From the NCBI GenBank assembly GCA_964466645.1, contig CAYXPB010000001.1, positions 1 through 59,612 on the forward strand: DNA of 59,612 nt. Reading direction: 5' to 3'. Origin of the DNA: an uncultured Acetivibrio sp. Lineage in GTDB: Bacteria > Bacillota > Clostridia > Acetivibrionales > Acetivibrionaceae. The notes under the pieces are model-generated. The model was not told the origin of the DNA, ran no database searches, and was given only the letters and a program-made list of their open reading frames with translations. Made by a program: the position numbers and the translations under genes. Below are positions 40,875-51,999 of the stretch, piece after piece; position 1 is the stretch's first letter; each line of letters starts with the position of its first letter.

Positions 40875-41114
40875 AAAGAGGGTATTATTGTGTAATTAGA
40901 CATTTGGAGATACGCTGCTACACTAATTTGTTTGTTATGGTTCTCAATCTCAGCATGGATTGATCATAAGGCTTTGAATATTGATAAAAAAACTATTAAT
41001 TCAAATTTTGCAGAAGTTTGATATGTCCGCTATATAGATTTAATTTTATCTCCTATAAAGAAGGTACTCTTATGTAATAAACTCAGAAAGAAGGTATTAT
41101 TATGTAATTAGACA
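40875..41114 (-). repeat. Transposon end: three ~28-bp direct repeats (putative TnsB-binding sites) with terminal TGT
   Basis: AAAGAGGGTATTATTGTGTAATTAGACA (40875-40902), AAAGAAGGTACTCTTATGTAATAAACTC (41057-41084), AAAGAAGGTATTATTATGTAATTAGACA (41087-41114). Confidence 0.8.
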
Positions 41115-41138
41115 CTTAAGAATGTATACTAAAATAAT

Positions 41139-41172
41139 AAAATCTCAGAGTATGTTTATACCCCAAGATTTT
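41139..41172 (-). terminator. Putative terminator of the pilM-like gene
   Basis: Minus strand AAAAUCUUGGGGUAU-aaac-AUACUCUGAGAUUUU with G-U pairs, then a U-rich tail. Confidence 0.6.
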
Positions 41173-41200
41173 AAGACACCTATATAAAGATTTGAATAAA

Positions 41201-42301
41201 CTACAATGTAATTCCAACGGCATTAACTAAAAAATTCAACTTTTCACTATTAAGATTTCTGTTTATGTCAATTCCATCAATGTCAAGCAATCCCACAGGA
41301 TATACCGGAATCTGAAGTGTCTGCTCCATATAATCACTCAAACCCTTAAGCAGCGAACCTCCACCAATTATAAATATCTTACCTACCTTAACACCGTAAC
41401 AGCGTGCTTCATAAAAAGTCATACACATATATATCTGATTAATTAACCTATCAACCATATCCTTTAATGTCTTATATACTTTTATATGTTCTTCAGCTGC
41501 CTCATAGGAAGGCGGTGGTGTTATTCCGTACATCTTTTTGAGTCTCTCTGAGTCTATTATAGACTTCTTAGCAACAGCTGCTATAGCCTCATCCATATTC
41601 GAACTGCCGGTTAGTATAACTTTATTAAACTCCAAAATCCTATTGCGTAATATATTTATTATTGTAGTTTCAGAGCCAAAATCTATAACAGCAAAAGCGT
41701 CCTTATTTAAACCCTTATTAGGGTTTACGTATTTAACATGGTCTATACTGACTTTAATATCCCTGTTAAAAAACTTTGCTGTACTATTAGCGGGTATATC
41801 AACCGAAATCGGCTTTAGCCCCAACTCGAAAAGTACGTCTATGTAACTGTTGATTATGTTCTTCCTAACTGCTGTCACAAATATTTTAAGCTTATCTTCA
41901 CCATTTTCTTTTAGTTCCTGTAATACCTTGTAATCGATTTTGTGTTCTTCTAAGTTTATAGGCATATTTTTAATAATGGCGCTCTTGACTACTGAATCAA
42001 TATCTTGGTCTCCTACCTTTTGAACAAGAAAAACTCTAGATATAATACTAGTCCCCGACATAACGATCTTCGACTTTTTTACTTTCATATTATTTTCTCG
42101 AATTATCCTGCTAATTTCACTTGAGACAGCGTCAATATTTTTAATAACACCATTTTTTATACAGTTTAGCGGAGTAGAAGCGATACCAAAATTTTTGATA
42201 TAAACTTCATTGCTTCGATTAACTGCGACCTCAACAACTTTAATATTCCTAAAGCCTACATCAATGCTTAGATAATTGTTCTTCATAAATGGAAACAGCA
42301 T
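41201..42301 (-). CDS. pilM: Type IV pilus assembly PilM-like actin-fold protein (orphan)
   Basis: SIDVGFRNIKVVE, AVIDFGSETT, IIGGGSLLKGL, AVGITL. Confidence 0.8.
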   Translation of the reverse strand: MLFPFMKNNYLSIDVGFRNIKVVEVAVNRSNEVYIKNFGIASTPLNCIKNGVIKNIDAVSSEISRIIRENNMKVKKSKIVMSGTSIISRVFLVQKVGDQDIDSVVKSAIIKNMPINLEEHKIDYKVLQELKENGEDKLKIFVTAVRKNIINSYIDVLFELGLKPISVDIPANSTAKFFNRDIKVSIDHVKYVNPNKGLNKDAFAVIDFGSETTIINILRNRILEFNKVILTGSSNMDEAIAAVAKKSIIDSERLKKMYGITPPPSYEAAEEHIKVYKTLKDMVDRLINQIYMCMTFYEARCYGVKVGKIFIIGGGSLLKGLSDYMEQTLQIPVYPVGLLDIDGIDINRNLNSEKLNFLVNAVGITL

Positions 42302-42584
42302 ACATTTTAACTCCCTTATCCATAATCAAACGGTATAAAAAATTTATAATCTCCCACATATAAAGTATCACACATTTGTAAAAAAATCAATAATTTTCGT
42401 AGTGTTTAAATACAATTAAAAAAAGTTTATGTTATTGTGCGTTAATATCTCTCTAATCCTTATTTATTTAGACTTCTCAAGACTTACAATCTCAAGAGTG
42501 AAACAAAAACCAGGGTGCATTTTAGCATTTTATGTAAATATGTTCATTGTAATACAAACCCCTTCGGAATAAAGTACGAAGTTC

Positions 42585-43577
42585 TTATTCATATTTTAAG
42601 CCAAAATGATCATATGCTAGTTTTGTTGCAATCCTTCCCCTTGGTGTCTTATTAATAAAACCCAATTGAAGCAGATATGGCTCATACACATCCTCAATGG
42701 TATTTGCCTCTTCCCCTGTGGTAGCAGCTAAAGTATCTAACCCTACAGGCCCTCCTGCAAATTTATCAATTATACTAAAAAGAAGACTTCTGTCTACACC
42801 ATCTAAACCTATTGGATCAATTTCAAGGGCATCAAGGCTGATATTTGCAATCCCCTTTGTTATCAAGCCTTCTCCTCTCACTTCGGCAAAATCCCTGACT
42901 CTTTTAAGTATCCTATTTGCAATTCTAGGAGTCCCTCTAGAACGTCTTGATATTTCTTCTGCTGCATCACTTTCGATTCCAATTTTTAATATTCCCGCAG
43001 ACCTTTCAACTATTAATTTCAATTCCTTTGGAGTATACATATCAAGTTTGTTTATAACCCCAAACCTATCTCTTAAAGGCGATGTTAAGAGTCCTGCTCT
43101 AGTGGTTGCACCTATCAAAGTAAACTTCGGCAAATCCAATCTTATTGATCTTGCACTTGGTCCCTTTCCAATAATAATGTCTAAAGCATAATCCTCCATA
43201 GCAGGATACAGTATCTCTTCAACGCTCCTGTTAAGCCTGTGTATTTCATCTATAAAAAGCACGTCATAATTTCCGAGATTAGTTAGTATTGCAGCAAGAT
43301 CTCCAGGTTTTTCAATGGCAGGACCGGAGGTAACTCTTATATTCACACCTAATTCAGATGCTATTATGCTGGCAAGAGTGGTCTTACCTAACCCCGGCGG
43401 TCCATACAGCAATACATGGTCGAGCGCTTCATTTCTCCTTTTGGCAGCTTCAATAAAAACAATAAGATTATCTTTAACTTTTTTCTGACCTATATATTCA
43501 TTTAATTTCCTTGGTCTGAGGCTTAACTCGTCAACATCATCTTCATTTACCTCGCAACCAATAATTCTGTCTTCCAT
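42585..43577 (-). CDS. ruvB: Holliday junction branch migration helicase RuvB
   Basis: [43 protein letters not shown]. Confidence 0.97.
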   Translation of the reverse strand: MEDRIIGCEVNEDDVDELSLRPRKLNEYIGQKKVKDNLIVFIEAAKRRNEALDHVLLYGPPGLGKTTLASIIASELGVNIRVTSGPAIEKPGDLAAILTNLGNYDVLFIDEIHRLNRSVEEILYPAMEDYALDIIIGKGPSARSIRLDLPKFTLIGATTRAGLLTSPLRDRFGVINKLDMYTPKELKLIVERSAGILKIGIESDAAEEISRRSRGTPRIANRILKRVRDFAEVRGEGLITKGIANISLDALEIDPIGLDGVDRSLLFSIIDKFAGGPVGLDTLAATTGEEANTIEDVYEPYLLQLGFINKTPRGRIATKLAYDHFGLKYE

Positions 43578-43636
43578 TGCGTTCCCTCCAAAACATTAAT
43601 AGAGCATCATCCCTATGTTAGTCCTTTTTTACAATA

Positions 43637-44245
43637 CTAATTTCTTGCAAGTGTCTTGAGAGCATTTTTTATAATCGACTCTAAATCCATATCCTCCGAA
43701 TACACAGACGCTACAGCCTTGTTTGCCTCAAAGGCAGTATATCCTAAAACAATCAATGCACTTATTGCCTCAGAAACTCTTGAATTATCTTTACTTTCAT
43801 TTACAGATTCCTCTTTGCCAATGTAAGTGCTAACTAGATCCGTCTTATTTATCTTATCCTTAAGCTCAAGAATTATCCTCTGTGCTACTTTGTTACCAAC
43901 ACCTTGAGCTTTAGTAAGCGACTTGTAATCATCAGTGATTACCGAAAGCCCAAATTTAGAAGGTGACATTGACGAAATAACCGATATGGCAACTTTAGGG
44001 CCTATACCCGAAACACCTAAAAGCAACTCAAACATTCCAAGTTCCTCTTGTGTCAAAAAGCCGTATAGGCTCATAGCATCTTCCCGTACATGAAGATGGG
44101 TATATACCTTTACTTCACTTCCTACACTCTCAGTATTCTCAATTGTTGACAAGGAAGTATAAATTTTATATCCTACTCCTTTAGCTTCAACAACTAAATA
44201 ATCGTTATGTTTGTACTCAAGTATTCCTCTTATATATGCAAACAA
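43637..44245 (-). CDS. ruvA: Holliday junction branch migration protein RuvA
   Basis: GVGYKI, HVREDAMSLYGF, VSGIGPK, AQRIILELKDK; TTG start at 44245 after GGAGG. Confidence 0.95.
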   Translation of the reverse strand: MFAYIRGILEYKHNDYLVVEAKGVGYKIYTSLSTIENTESVGSEVKVYTHLHVREDAMSLYGFLTQEELGMFELLLGVSGIGPKVAISVISSMSPSKFGLSVITDDYKSLTKAQGVGNKVAQRIILELKDKINKTDLVSTYIGKEESVNESKDNSRVSEAISALIVLGYTAFEANKAVASVYSEDMDLESIIKNALKTLARN

Positions 44246-44376
44246 AATATTCCCTCCGTATTTTAAATAATATTTATAATCAACACTATTACTTAAGTGT
44301 TTCAAAAAAATTCGTTAGGCAATATATATAGTTCCAACCCATTAAAATAAACTTCTTTGAAATCCCCATTGACCAG

Positions 44377-44889
44377 TTATTTTTTTGGAATCACCGTATT
44401 AGTTTTAATCAGCCCTGACATTATGTGAGAATTCCCATGGCATATTGCAATCGCAAGTGCATCTGCGACATCATCGGGCTTAGGTATTTTAGGAAGATTT
44501 AATATTATCTTTACCATTTGTTGTACTTGTCCTTTTTCTGCCCTTCCGTAACCTACCACTGACTGTTTTACTTGAAGAGGTGTGTATTCAAAAACATCCA
44601 CACCACTCTCTGCTGCTGCTAGAACTGCCACTCCCCTGCCGTGACCCACAGTAAGGGCAGTTTTAATATTTTTATTGAAAAACAGTTCTTCTATGGCAAT
44701 TGCATCAGGTTTATAACCACATATCAATTCAGCCAATGAATCATGCAAGTGTAAAAGCCTCTTAGGTAGCTCCATTGTGCTAGCTGTAGTTATTGCCCCA
44801 TAATCTACAGGACAAAACTTATTTTCTTCATATTTTACTATACCATAACCTGTTATTGCAAACCCAGGGTCAATACCTAGTATTATCAT
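44377..44889 (-). CDS. ruvC: Crossover junction endodeoxyribonuclease RuvC
   Basis: [35 protein letters not shown]. Confidence 0.97.
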   Translation of the reverse strand: MIILGIDPGFAITGYGIVKYEENKFCPVDYGAITTASTMELPKRLLHLHDSLAELICGYKPDAIAIEELFFNKNIKTALTVGHGRGVAVLAAAESGVDVFEYTPLQVKQSVVGYGRAEKGQVQQMVKIILNLPKIPKPDDVADALAIAICHGNSHIMSGLIKTNTVIPKK

Positions 44890-44935
44890 TTGTTCACGTC
44901 CTATTATAAAAATATTTTTTCTTTAGAAACTAACT

Positions 44936-44973
44936 TATGAATAATTATATGATTTGTTGCATATTTATACATC
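44936..44973 (+). promoter_or_regulatory. Tandem ARG boxes (ArgR operator) upstream of argG
   Basis: taTGAATAATTATATGat and gtTGCATATTTATACAtc, 2 bp apart, close to TGmATwwwwATkCA. Confidence 0.65.
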
Positions 44974-45060
44974 TTATTGTATAATATATTCCATTATATT
45001 AATTTGAAAAAAATATAATCATATAATTAAATATTCTAACATATTTGAGGAGGTATTAAC

Positions 45061-46278
45061 ATGAGCCAAAAAGAAAAAGTAATCCTAGCATATTCAGGAG
45101 GGCTAGATACATCAATAATTATACCCTGGCTTAAGGAAAATTATGACTATGAAGTTATCGCAATGGCTGGTGACGTTGGTCAAGGTGAAGAGCTTGATCC
45201 TTTAAATGAAAAAGCAATAAAAACAGGAGCAAGCAAAATTTATATTGAGGACCTAAATGAAGTTTTTGTTAAAGACTTTATCTTCCCTACAATAAAGGCA
45301 GGAGCTGTTTATGAAGGTAAGTACCTTTTAGGGACCTCCTTTGCAAGACCTATAATAGCAAAAAGAATGGTTGAAATTGCCGAAAAAGAAGGTGCAACTG
45401 CAATATGCCATGGTGCAACTGGTAAAGGTAATGACCAGGTTAGGTTTGAGCTTACAGTTAAAGCTTTAGCACCACATTTAAAGATAATTGCACCTTGGAG
45501 AATATGGGACATCAAGTCAAGAGAAGATGCAATAGAATATGCTGAAGCAAGAAATATTCCAATTCCTGTTTCAAAGAAAGACAACTACAGTATGGACAGA
45601 AATCTGTGGCACTTAAGTCATGAAGGCTCAGACCTTGAAGATCCTTGGAACGAACCTCAATATGACAAAATTTTAAAGCTTATGGTTTCCCCTGAAAAAG
45701 CACCGGACAAGCCTACACACGTAGAAATATACTTTGAAAAGGGTATACCTAAAAAAGTAAACGGCGTCGAGCATAGCCCCGTCGAATTGATCGCGGTATT
45801 AAACAAAATAGGCGGTGAGAATGGCGTAGGCATTGTAGACATGGTTGAAAATCGACTTGTTGGAATGAAATCAAGGGGTGTATACGAAACTCCAGGTGGT
45901 ACTATTCTTTACGCTGCTCACAGAGAGCTAGAATTATTATGCCTTGACAGAGATACTCTTCACTATAAAGACCTAGTTTCACAAAGGTTTGCCGAGTTGG
46001 TATACTTCGGACAATGGTACACTCCTCTTCGTGAAGCAATCTCTGCTTTTGTTGATGTTACACAGGAAAATGTAACAGGTACTGTTAGGATGAAACTCTA
46101 CAAAGGAAATTGCATGCCTGCTGGAGCAAAATCCGATTATTCACTTTACAGCGAAGAGCTTTCAACCTTTGGAAGAGATGAAGTTTACAATCAGAAAGAC
46201 GCTGAAGGCTTTATCAATCTGTTTGGATTGCCAATGAAAGTCAGCGCGATAATGAAAGAACAAAATAAAAACAAGTAA
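45061..46278 (+). CDS. argG: Argininosuccinate synthase
   Basis: [39 protein letters not shown]. Confidence 0.97.
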   Translation: MSQKEKVILAYSGGLDTSIIIPWLKENYDYEVIAMAGDVGQGEELDPLNEKAIKTGASKIYIEDLNEVFVKDFIFPTIKAGAVYEGKYLLGTSFARPIIAKRMVEIAEKEGATAICHGATGKGNDQVRFELTVKALAPHLKIIAPWRIWDIKSREDAIEYAEARNIPIPVSKKDNYSMDRNLWHLSHEGSDLEDPWNEPQYDKILKLMVSPEKAPDKPTHVEIYFEKGIPKKVNGVEHSPVELIAVLNKIGGENGVGIVDMVENRLVGMKSRGVYETPGGTILYAAHRELELLCLDRDTLHYKDLVSQRFAELVYFGQWYTPLREAISAFVDVTQENVTGTVRMKLYKGNCMPAGAKSDYSLYSEELSTFGRDEVYNQKDAEGFINLFGLPMKVSAIMKEQNKNK

Positions 46279-46287
46279 GGTGATAAA

Positions 46288-47667
46288 ATGAAGCTCTGGG
46301 GCGGTAGATTTGAAAAAAGCACAGACAAGTCAGTTGACGATTTTAACTCCTCAATTAGATTTGACAGTCGCATGTATAAGCAGGACATCCTTGGCAGTAT
46401 TGCCCATGCGAAAATGCTTGGAAAATGCAAAATAATTTCAGAGCAAGACTCTGATCTAATTCAAGCTACTTTAAAAGAAATTTTAAAGGATATTGAAAAT
46501 GGACAGGTTGAATTTGAAGTTGACGCAGAAGATATACACATGAATATAGAAAAGATCCTTATCACAAGGATTGGTGATGTAGGTAAGCGACTTCATACCG
46601 GAAGAAGCCGCAATGATCAGGTTGCCCTTGATATCAGGATGTATCTTAAGGATGAAGTATTTGAAATAAAGAAAATACTTGTTTCTCTGGAAAGTACATT
46701 AATTGATATATCCGAGAAAAACTTAAGTGTTATACTACCCGGGTACACCCATTTACAAAGAGCACAACCCATTACTTTTGCTCATCATATGATGGCCTAT
46801 TTCCAGATGTTTAAACGTGATCTAGGACGTCTTGATGACTGTTACAAAAGAATTAATGTGATGCCTTTAGGTTCCGGTGCCCTCGCATCAACTACCTACC
46901 CTCTTGACAGGAGTATGGTCGCTGACGAGCTTGGCTTTGATGAAATAACTGAAAACAGCCTTGACGGAGTCAGTGACAGAGATTTTGCCATAGAGTTGGC
47001 ATCTTGCCTCTCAATAATTATGATGCACTTAAGTAGATTCAGTGAAGAGCTTATTATGTGGTCTTCACATGAATTTTGTTTCGTTGAGATGGACGATGCT
47101 TACAGTACAGGCAGCAGTATAATGCCTCAAAAGAAAAATCCCGATGTAGCAGAGCTTGTAAGGGGCAAAACTGGTAGGGTTTACGGAAGCCTTATCGGTC
47201 TTCTGACTGTTATGAAATCCCTTCCATTAGCTTACAACAAGGATATGCAAGAGGACAAGGAGTCTATATTTGATGCAATTGATACCGTTAAACTTTGTTT
47301 ACCTGTTTTCACTAGCATGATTGCAACAATGAAAATCAAAAAAGAAAACATGTATAGAGCGGCACAAGGTGGTTTTACTAATGCTACAGATATTGCAGAC
47401 TACCTTGTAAAGAAAGGGATTCCCTTTAGAAACGCCCATGAGATAATAGGCAAAATGGTGCTCTATTGCATAGGAAATAGTAAGGCTATCGATGAACTCA
47501 CACTAGAAGAATTTAAAGGTTTCTCTGACTTAATATCCGAAGATGTTTATAGAGAAATAAGTCTTGAAACTTGCGTTTCCGGAAGAAATATTCCAGGAGG
47601 TCCCGCTAAAGAGAGAGTTTTAGCAGCCATACAAAGCGGCAGGGACTTTTTGAAAGCCCAAAATTAA
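46288..47667 (+). CDS. argH: Argininosuccinate lyase
   Basis: [36 protein letters not shown]. Confidence 0.97.
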   Translation: MKLWGGRFEKSTDKSVDDFNSSIRFDSRMYKQDILGSIAHAKMLGKCKIISEQDSDLIQATLKEILKDIENGQVEFEVDAEDIHMNIEKILITRIGDVGKRLHTGRSRNDQVALDIRMYLKDEVFEIKKILVSLESTLIDISEKNLSVILPGYTHLQRAQPITFAHHMMAYFQMFKRDLGRLDDCYKRINVMPLGSGALASTTYPLDRSMVADELGFDEITENSLDGVSDRDFAIELASCLSIIMMHLSRFSEELIMWSSHEFCFVEMDDAYSTGSSIMPQKKNPDVAELVRGKTGRVYGSLIGLLTVMKSLPLAYNKDMQEDKESIFDAIDTVKLCLPVFTSMIATMKIKKENMYRAAQGGFTNATDIADYLVKKGIPFRNAHEIIGKMVLYCIGNSKAIDELTLEEFKGFSDLISEDVYREISLETCVSGRNIPGGPAKERVLAAIQSGRDFLKAQN

Positions 47668-47679
47668 TTGCAGCAGCAT

Positions 47680-47720
47680 ATAAAAAATAGCTATGGCAAT
47701 CTACCATAGCTATTTTTTAT
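47680..47720. terminator. Bidirectional terminator after argH
   Basis: ATAAAAAATAGCTATGG-caatcta-CCATAGCTATTTTTTAT perfect inverted repeat. Confidence 0.8.
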
Positions 47721-47735
47721 GCCACAATCACCTAA

Positions 47736-47903
47736 TTACTTTTGATTTATTGACAGCTTAAAACTTACATTTTCTTGCCTGAAATCCACGTCAATGTCCG
47801 CAAAGCTAATTCCCTTTTTTCTAAGACTTTGAATTATTTCCCCTTTAATTTTTGCAACTACATCATTATATGTCGTGACCTTCTCCTTTTTTTTAAATAG
47901 CAT
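47736..47903 (-). CDS. 55-aa hypothetical protein, below the ORF-track cutoff
   Basis: GAGGT RBS then MLFKKKEKVTTYNDVVAKIKGEIIQSLRKKGISFADIDVDFRQENVSFKLSINQK*, ending at the shared terminator. Confidence 0.6.
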   Translation of the reverse strand: MLFKKKEKVTTYNDVVAKIKGEIIQSLRKKGISFADIDVDFRQENVSFKLSINQK

Positions 47904-48108
47904 AATCCATTACCTCACTTAACTTTAATAAAGTATTTGTACCACCCAAAGATATAATATACCATTTCCCTCTTAATGTATAATATTTCCTTCAGAATTC
48001 AGAATGGATATAAAGAAAGCCCCCTTGTCGGAGGCTCAAATGAACTCTTAAATTTTATTGTAGTTACGTTGATCAAGTTTTTTTCCATAGTTATTTTTTT
48101 AAATGGCC

Positions 48109-48429
48109 TTATTGTTTGACTTTTTTGTCTAAAGCCCTTCCAAAACTGTACCAAGAGTCCCTAAGCTTAAATCTCATATTTTCATCTAGAGTTCTCTCTA
48201 TCACATCATTTAGGTTTCTTCTCATCCGAATGTACTCAACAAGTTCAAATTCTGAGTTTTCCAATAGTTTATCCATGTCTGTAAACCACTCGTTAACATG
48301 ATGGGCACCAACAAAATCTTGAGATACCTTCTTCTTCATATGAGAAATAACCAGCTTGACAGCTTTTCTTTTTACTTCTGCATCTGTTATTATCTTACTG
48401 TTGACTTTACTCGAATCACCTTTTTTCAT
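48109..48429 (-). CDS. Hypothetical protein
   Basis: RBS GGGAG; 106-aa helical ORF filling the gap. Confidence 0.7.
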   Translation of the reverse strand: MKKGDSSKVNSKIITDAEVKRKAVKLVISHMKKKVSQDFVGAHHVNEWFTDMDKLLENSEFELVEYIRMRRNLNDVIERTLDENMRFKLRDSWYSFGRALDKKVKQ

Positions 48430-48719
48430 TTTAACACTCCCTATAAATATATTGTTATATAGACAACAATGTACAAATAGAAATACACATTTATTATAAT
48501 ATAGTATAGTAATTTATGCAAATTTAAATAAACATAGGATATTTCCCTTTTCCAAACCCTGTATAAAAATTTACAAAAATAGAATTTCTATAAATTCCTA
48601 TAATCTAAAAAACAAACTCTTTAAGAAGAATAGTACAATAAAAAGCACCAACTCCATCAGAAGTCAGCGCTTGTTAATGCCTTATTTTTATTAATTACTA
48701 TCGCTGTTATAAAGCATTA

Positions 48720-49865
48720 CTAATATACCACTAAACTTTTACCTTGAAGCTTTCCAGTATCTACATTTTCTTCTTTTGACTTTGGTACTGTTACTGTATC
48801 GGCATTACCATCACTGATATACTGCCCTTCCCTTGTAAGGTTTTTAATCCACCATGCCAAGTCTGCATCAACAGGTTTAATCCCCGATGACCGAACTCTG
48901 TGAACTGTTAGAGGATCAAAAGCTTTGCTTACAGGTGAAAATGTGGGATCCCATCCTACTTCCATGATTGCAAGGTTATCATATTTTACCCCTTCGTATT
49001 CACCCTTTTGTACATATTTCTGTAAGTTCTTTGAAGGTGCTCCATAGGGCAGAGAGAAAGTATTCATTTTGTACCCAGATATTAGTTCAAACATTGTTTT
49101 TTGGTTTAGACCAATTTCCTTTTGAATCTGGTCCGAGTCCTTTGCATTAGTGAGGTTTATATGAGTATAAGTGTGATTGCCAATTTCAAAACCTTTGTCC
49201 ACAAGATATTTTAACTTCTCTTCTAAAGTACCTTCTCCTTCAAAAGTGCTATTCCCAAGGTTTACATAGAAGGTGCCCTCAACCCCAAAATCAGGATGTG
49301 TCTTGTTAAACTCCTCTATAATACCCACTGCTGAGTTTTTGTTAGCTACCAATTTTCCGTCCTCATTCACAAGATTAAACTGCCCTGCCGTTCCGTCATC
49401 AAAAGTAAATACCATTGGTATGCAGCCTGCCGTTACTGAGATGCTATTGTTCAGATAGTCATTCATACTAGTGAGCCTGTAGCCTTGGTCATAGAGACTT
49501 GGCAACAATTTCCTAAACTCATCAAAAGTTGTGGTATATGCTCCATCATCATATTTTGAAGGTTCAAAGGACTGTACAAAATTGTGAAACATAACGACCA
49601 TTATCTTACCTGACTCGTCCGGTTTGACTACTTGAAGGTCAATTGTAGGTGCGGGTGTAACTTCAACCTCTATAGGCGTTGGTGACACAACTGCATTTTC
49701 ACTTGATGTTGCAGATGGCTGGTTTGGCGCAACGTAATCATTAGCATTGCCTGCTTTTGGACTGTTTGAACAAGCTGTTAACAATAAAGAAAGCCCTATC
49801 ACAGCCACAGCTAAGCTCACTGAAATTTTTTCCCTAAATTTTGAAGTCATTAATAATCGCTCCAT
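48720..49865 (-). CDS. Polysaccharide deacetylase (NodB/CE4) family lipoprotein
   Basis: Lipobox LLTAC; VFTFDDG, EIGNHTYTH, SLPYG. Confidence 0.88.
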   Translation of the reverse strand: MERLLMTSKFREKISVSLAVAVIGLSLLLTACSNSPKAGNANDYVAPNQPSATSSENAVVSPTPIEVEVTPAPTIDLQVVKPDESGKIMVVMFHNFVQSFEPSKYDDGAYTTTFDEFRKLLPSLYDQGYRLTSMNDYLNNSISVTAGCIPMVFTFDDGTAGQFNLVNEDGKLVANKNSAVGIIEEFNKTHPDFGVEGTFYVNLGNSTFEGEGTLEEKLKYLVDKGFEIGNHTYTHINLTNAKDSDQIQKEIGLNQKTMFELISGYKMNTFSLPYGAPSKNLQKYVQKGEYEGVKYDNLAIMEVGWDPTFSPVSKAFDPLTVHRVRSSGIKPVDADLAWWIKNLTREGQYISDGNADTVTVPKSKEENVDTGKLQGKSLVVY

Positions 49866-50063
49866 TCATTTGTAAAAATTGAAAACACTCTAGTTTTCCA
49901 TAAGTTATTTTAAAAAATTCGTAAGAAAGTATTTGTAGAACAAAAGAGCAAAAGCTCTTTTACATACTCAAGAATTATTTATTATTACTTAATATAATTA
50001 TATAGGTTTAAGTAGAAATTTCAAATGAAAAAACTACAAAAATAACGTAAGGGTATATCGGCT

Positions 50064-51950
50064 TTATCTTTCAAATTTAATTTTTCCAAAGACATTTTTT
50101 TCTAAAATTAAATCGGAGATTCTCAAGTCCTCCAGATATTGCTTTATTTGTTCGTCATATGCCGCTCTATCAAGCTGTTTACCGCTGTTAAAGTCATAAA
50201 TTTTATCTTCATCACTGAAATAATAAAATTCATCGGTTACAAATGAACTGTTTCTTAAAACAGCATAACCTTTATCACTATTAAGCAAATCTTTTCCGAT
50301 CACAAAATAATCATCTAGGCCCATGAGATTTATAATTGTAGGTCCTATATCCATCTGTCCGCCGGTTTTTTCAATTACTTGACTTTCCAACCCTGAGCAT
50401 TTAATTATAACAGGAACCTTCTGAAGCTTTGCCCAATCCAACTTGCTTTCACTTTTATTAAGCAATTTGAATAAATCTCCTGCCTGATCCTTAGGAAGTC
50501 CATGATGATCTCCATAAATCACCAAGAGACTATTATCATATAGTCCTTCTTCCTTAAGTTTATCTATAAAACGCCCTATAGCAGCATCAGCATAATTTTG
50601 AGCTTTCAAATAGTTACCAAGATAGGTCTTGTCATATTCCCCAACATCAAAATCCTGCTTATCATCAAAATATGAGTAAGGATGATGGCTTGATAGAGTT
50701 ACTAAGAAGGAATAAAACGGTTTACTTTTATCAATAGCGTCTAAAGTCTGTCTGTAAAACGAGTCATCACTTAAAGCCCATCCGCCCCAGCCAATGTATT
50801 CGTCCATAATCATATCACTTTGACTTATAAAATCATCAAAACCGATAACCTTATACATTTCTGTCCTATTCCAAAAACTTGGGCCGTAAGCATGAGCAGC
50901 ATAGGTAGTATATCCCGACTCTTTAAGCATTATTGGTAGAGAATTATAATTATTTGTAGCAAATCTGAAATAGGCTGCCCCTTCTTTTGCAGGATACAAG
51001 GAATTGTTTGTCATAAACTCTGCATCAGAGGTATTGCCCCCTGCAACTTGAACATATATATTTTCAAAGTATGCACTTTCGTCAAGCAAGTTGTTTAAAT
51101 TAGGCGTAACTTCCTTTCCCTTTACCTTTAGACCTATAACAAACTCCTGCAATGCTTCAACCTGTATAACTATCAAATTCTTTCCCTTTGCTATACCGTT
51201 GTAATTTCCGGTTGAATTACCACTTTTTTTGTCTAAATAAGCCCTAATATCCTGCTCATCTTCACTGCTTAATCTCTTATCCCTTAAAAAATTCTCTGCT
51301 ATATATTTTTTAGCATCATAATAATGAAAGTAACCAATACCAAAATTCTTTACAATGTAATTATTGTCATAAATCGACAGGTCGTTCTGACTTTTGGCAA
51401 TAGCAAAGCTTGTTACACCTAATGCTACTGCAACTAATGAAATTATCAAGCGACTAAAAACAGAGCTTTTTATCGCCTTCTTTCTAAAAATAATAGAATA
51501 CAATAAAAATAGCGGTAAATCAAAAAAGTATAAAATATCACTTCTTCTAAGCAAACTTGCAATACTGCCCCCTACAGAACCTAAAAACCTTGCGTTGGAT
51601 AGTACTGGAACAGATATAATTGTATTGTAATATCTAAAATAAACTGCATCTGCGAAAAAAACCAACGATATAAGAATATTAGCTATAAGAAACAGTGCTT
51701 TGTTCCTAGAATAAAAAACAAACAAAAATGCAAACAGTATTAAAACAAAACCTACACTTGATAAAACCATAAATATATTGATTTTAGAAAAAAGCGGTGT
51801 AAAACTAATATGCATCTGAAACTGCATGAACACAGCTTTACAAAGTATAGCAGCTGCAAAAATAAATATATAGATAAAATCAAACAAATTAAATTCTTTA
51901 ATTATACCGGTAAATGGATTCGTTTTTACTCTTTCTACCTTAGCATTCAT
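50064..51950 (-). CDS. LTA synthase family sulfatase (LtaS-like)
   Basis: N-terminal TM helices; KNLIVIQVEAL, EVTPNLN, NTSDAEF, TLSSHHPY, YGDH. Confidence 0.9.
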   Translation of the reverse strand: MNAKVERVKTNPFTGIIKEFNLFDFIYIFIFAAAILCKAVFMQFQMHISFTPLFSKINIFMVLSSVGFVLILFAFLFVFYSRNKALFLIANILISLVFFADAVYFRYYNTIISVPVLSNARFLGSVGGSIASLLRRSDILYFFDLPLFLLYSIIFRKKAIKSSVFSRLIISLVAVALGVTSFAIAKSQNDLSIYDNNYIVKNFGIGYFHYYDAKKYIAENFLRDKRLSSEDEQDIRAYLDKKSGNSTGNYNGIAKGKNLIVIQVEALQEFVIGLKVKGKEVTPNLNNLLDESAYFENIYVQVAGGNTSDAEFMTNNSLYPAKEGAAYFRFATNNYNSLPIMLKESGYTTYAAHAYGPSFWNRTEMYKVIGFDDFISQSDMIMDEYIGWGGWALSDDSFYRQTLDAIDKSKPFYSFLVTLSSHHPYSYFDDKQDFDVGEYDKTYLGNYLKAQNYADAAIGRFIDKLKEEGLYDNSLLVIYGDHHGLPKDQAGDLFKLLNKSESKLDWAKLQKVPVIIKCSGLESQVIEKTGGQMDIGPTIINLMGLDDYFVIGKDLLNSDKGYAVLRNSSFVTDEFYYFSDEDKIYDFNSGKQLDRAAYDEQIKQYLEDLRISDLILEKNVFGKIKFER

Positions 51951-51999
51951 ATACTGACCCCTCATACAATAAAATTCTATTTTATACTCTCAAAAAAGA

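Larger units (their letters stand above)
31400..41114. mobile_element. Tn7-like transposon (tnsABC-tniQ, serine resolvase, cargo), probably defective; left boundary approximate
   Basis: Co-oriented tnsA, tnsB, tnsC, tniQ; end reading TGTCTAATTACATAATAATACCTTCTTT from 41114 with repeated sites; no matching opposite end found. Confidence 0.8.

Noticed and set aside
40875-41114. 28-bp repeats as a CRISPR array, making the element a CAST
   Set aside because: Gaps of 154 and 2 bp do not fit spacers, the repeats end in the TGT/ACA transposon terminus, and no Cas genes are present.
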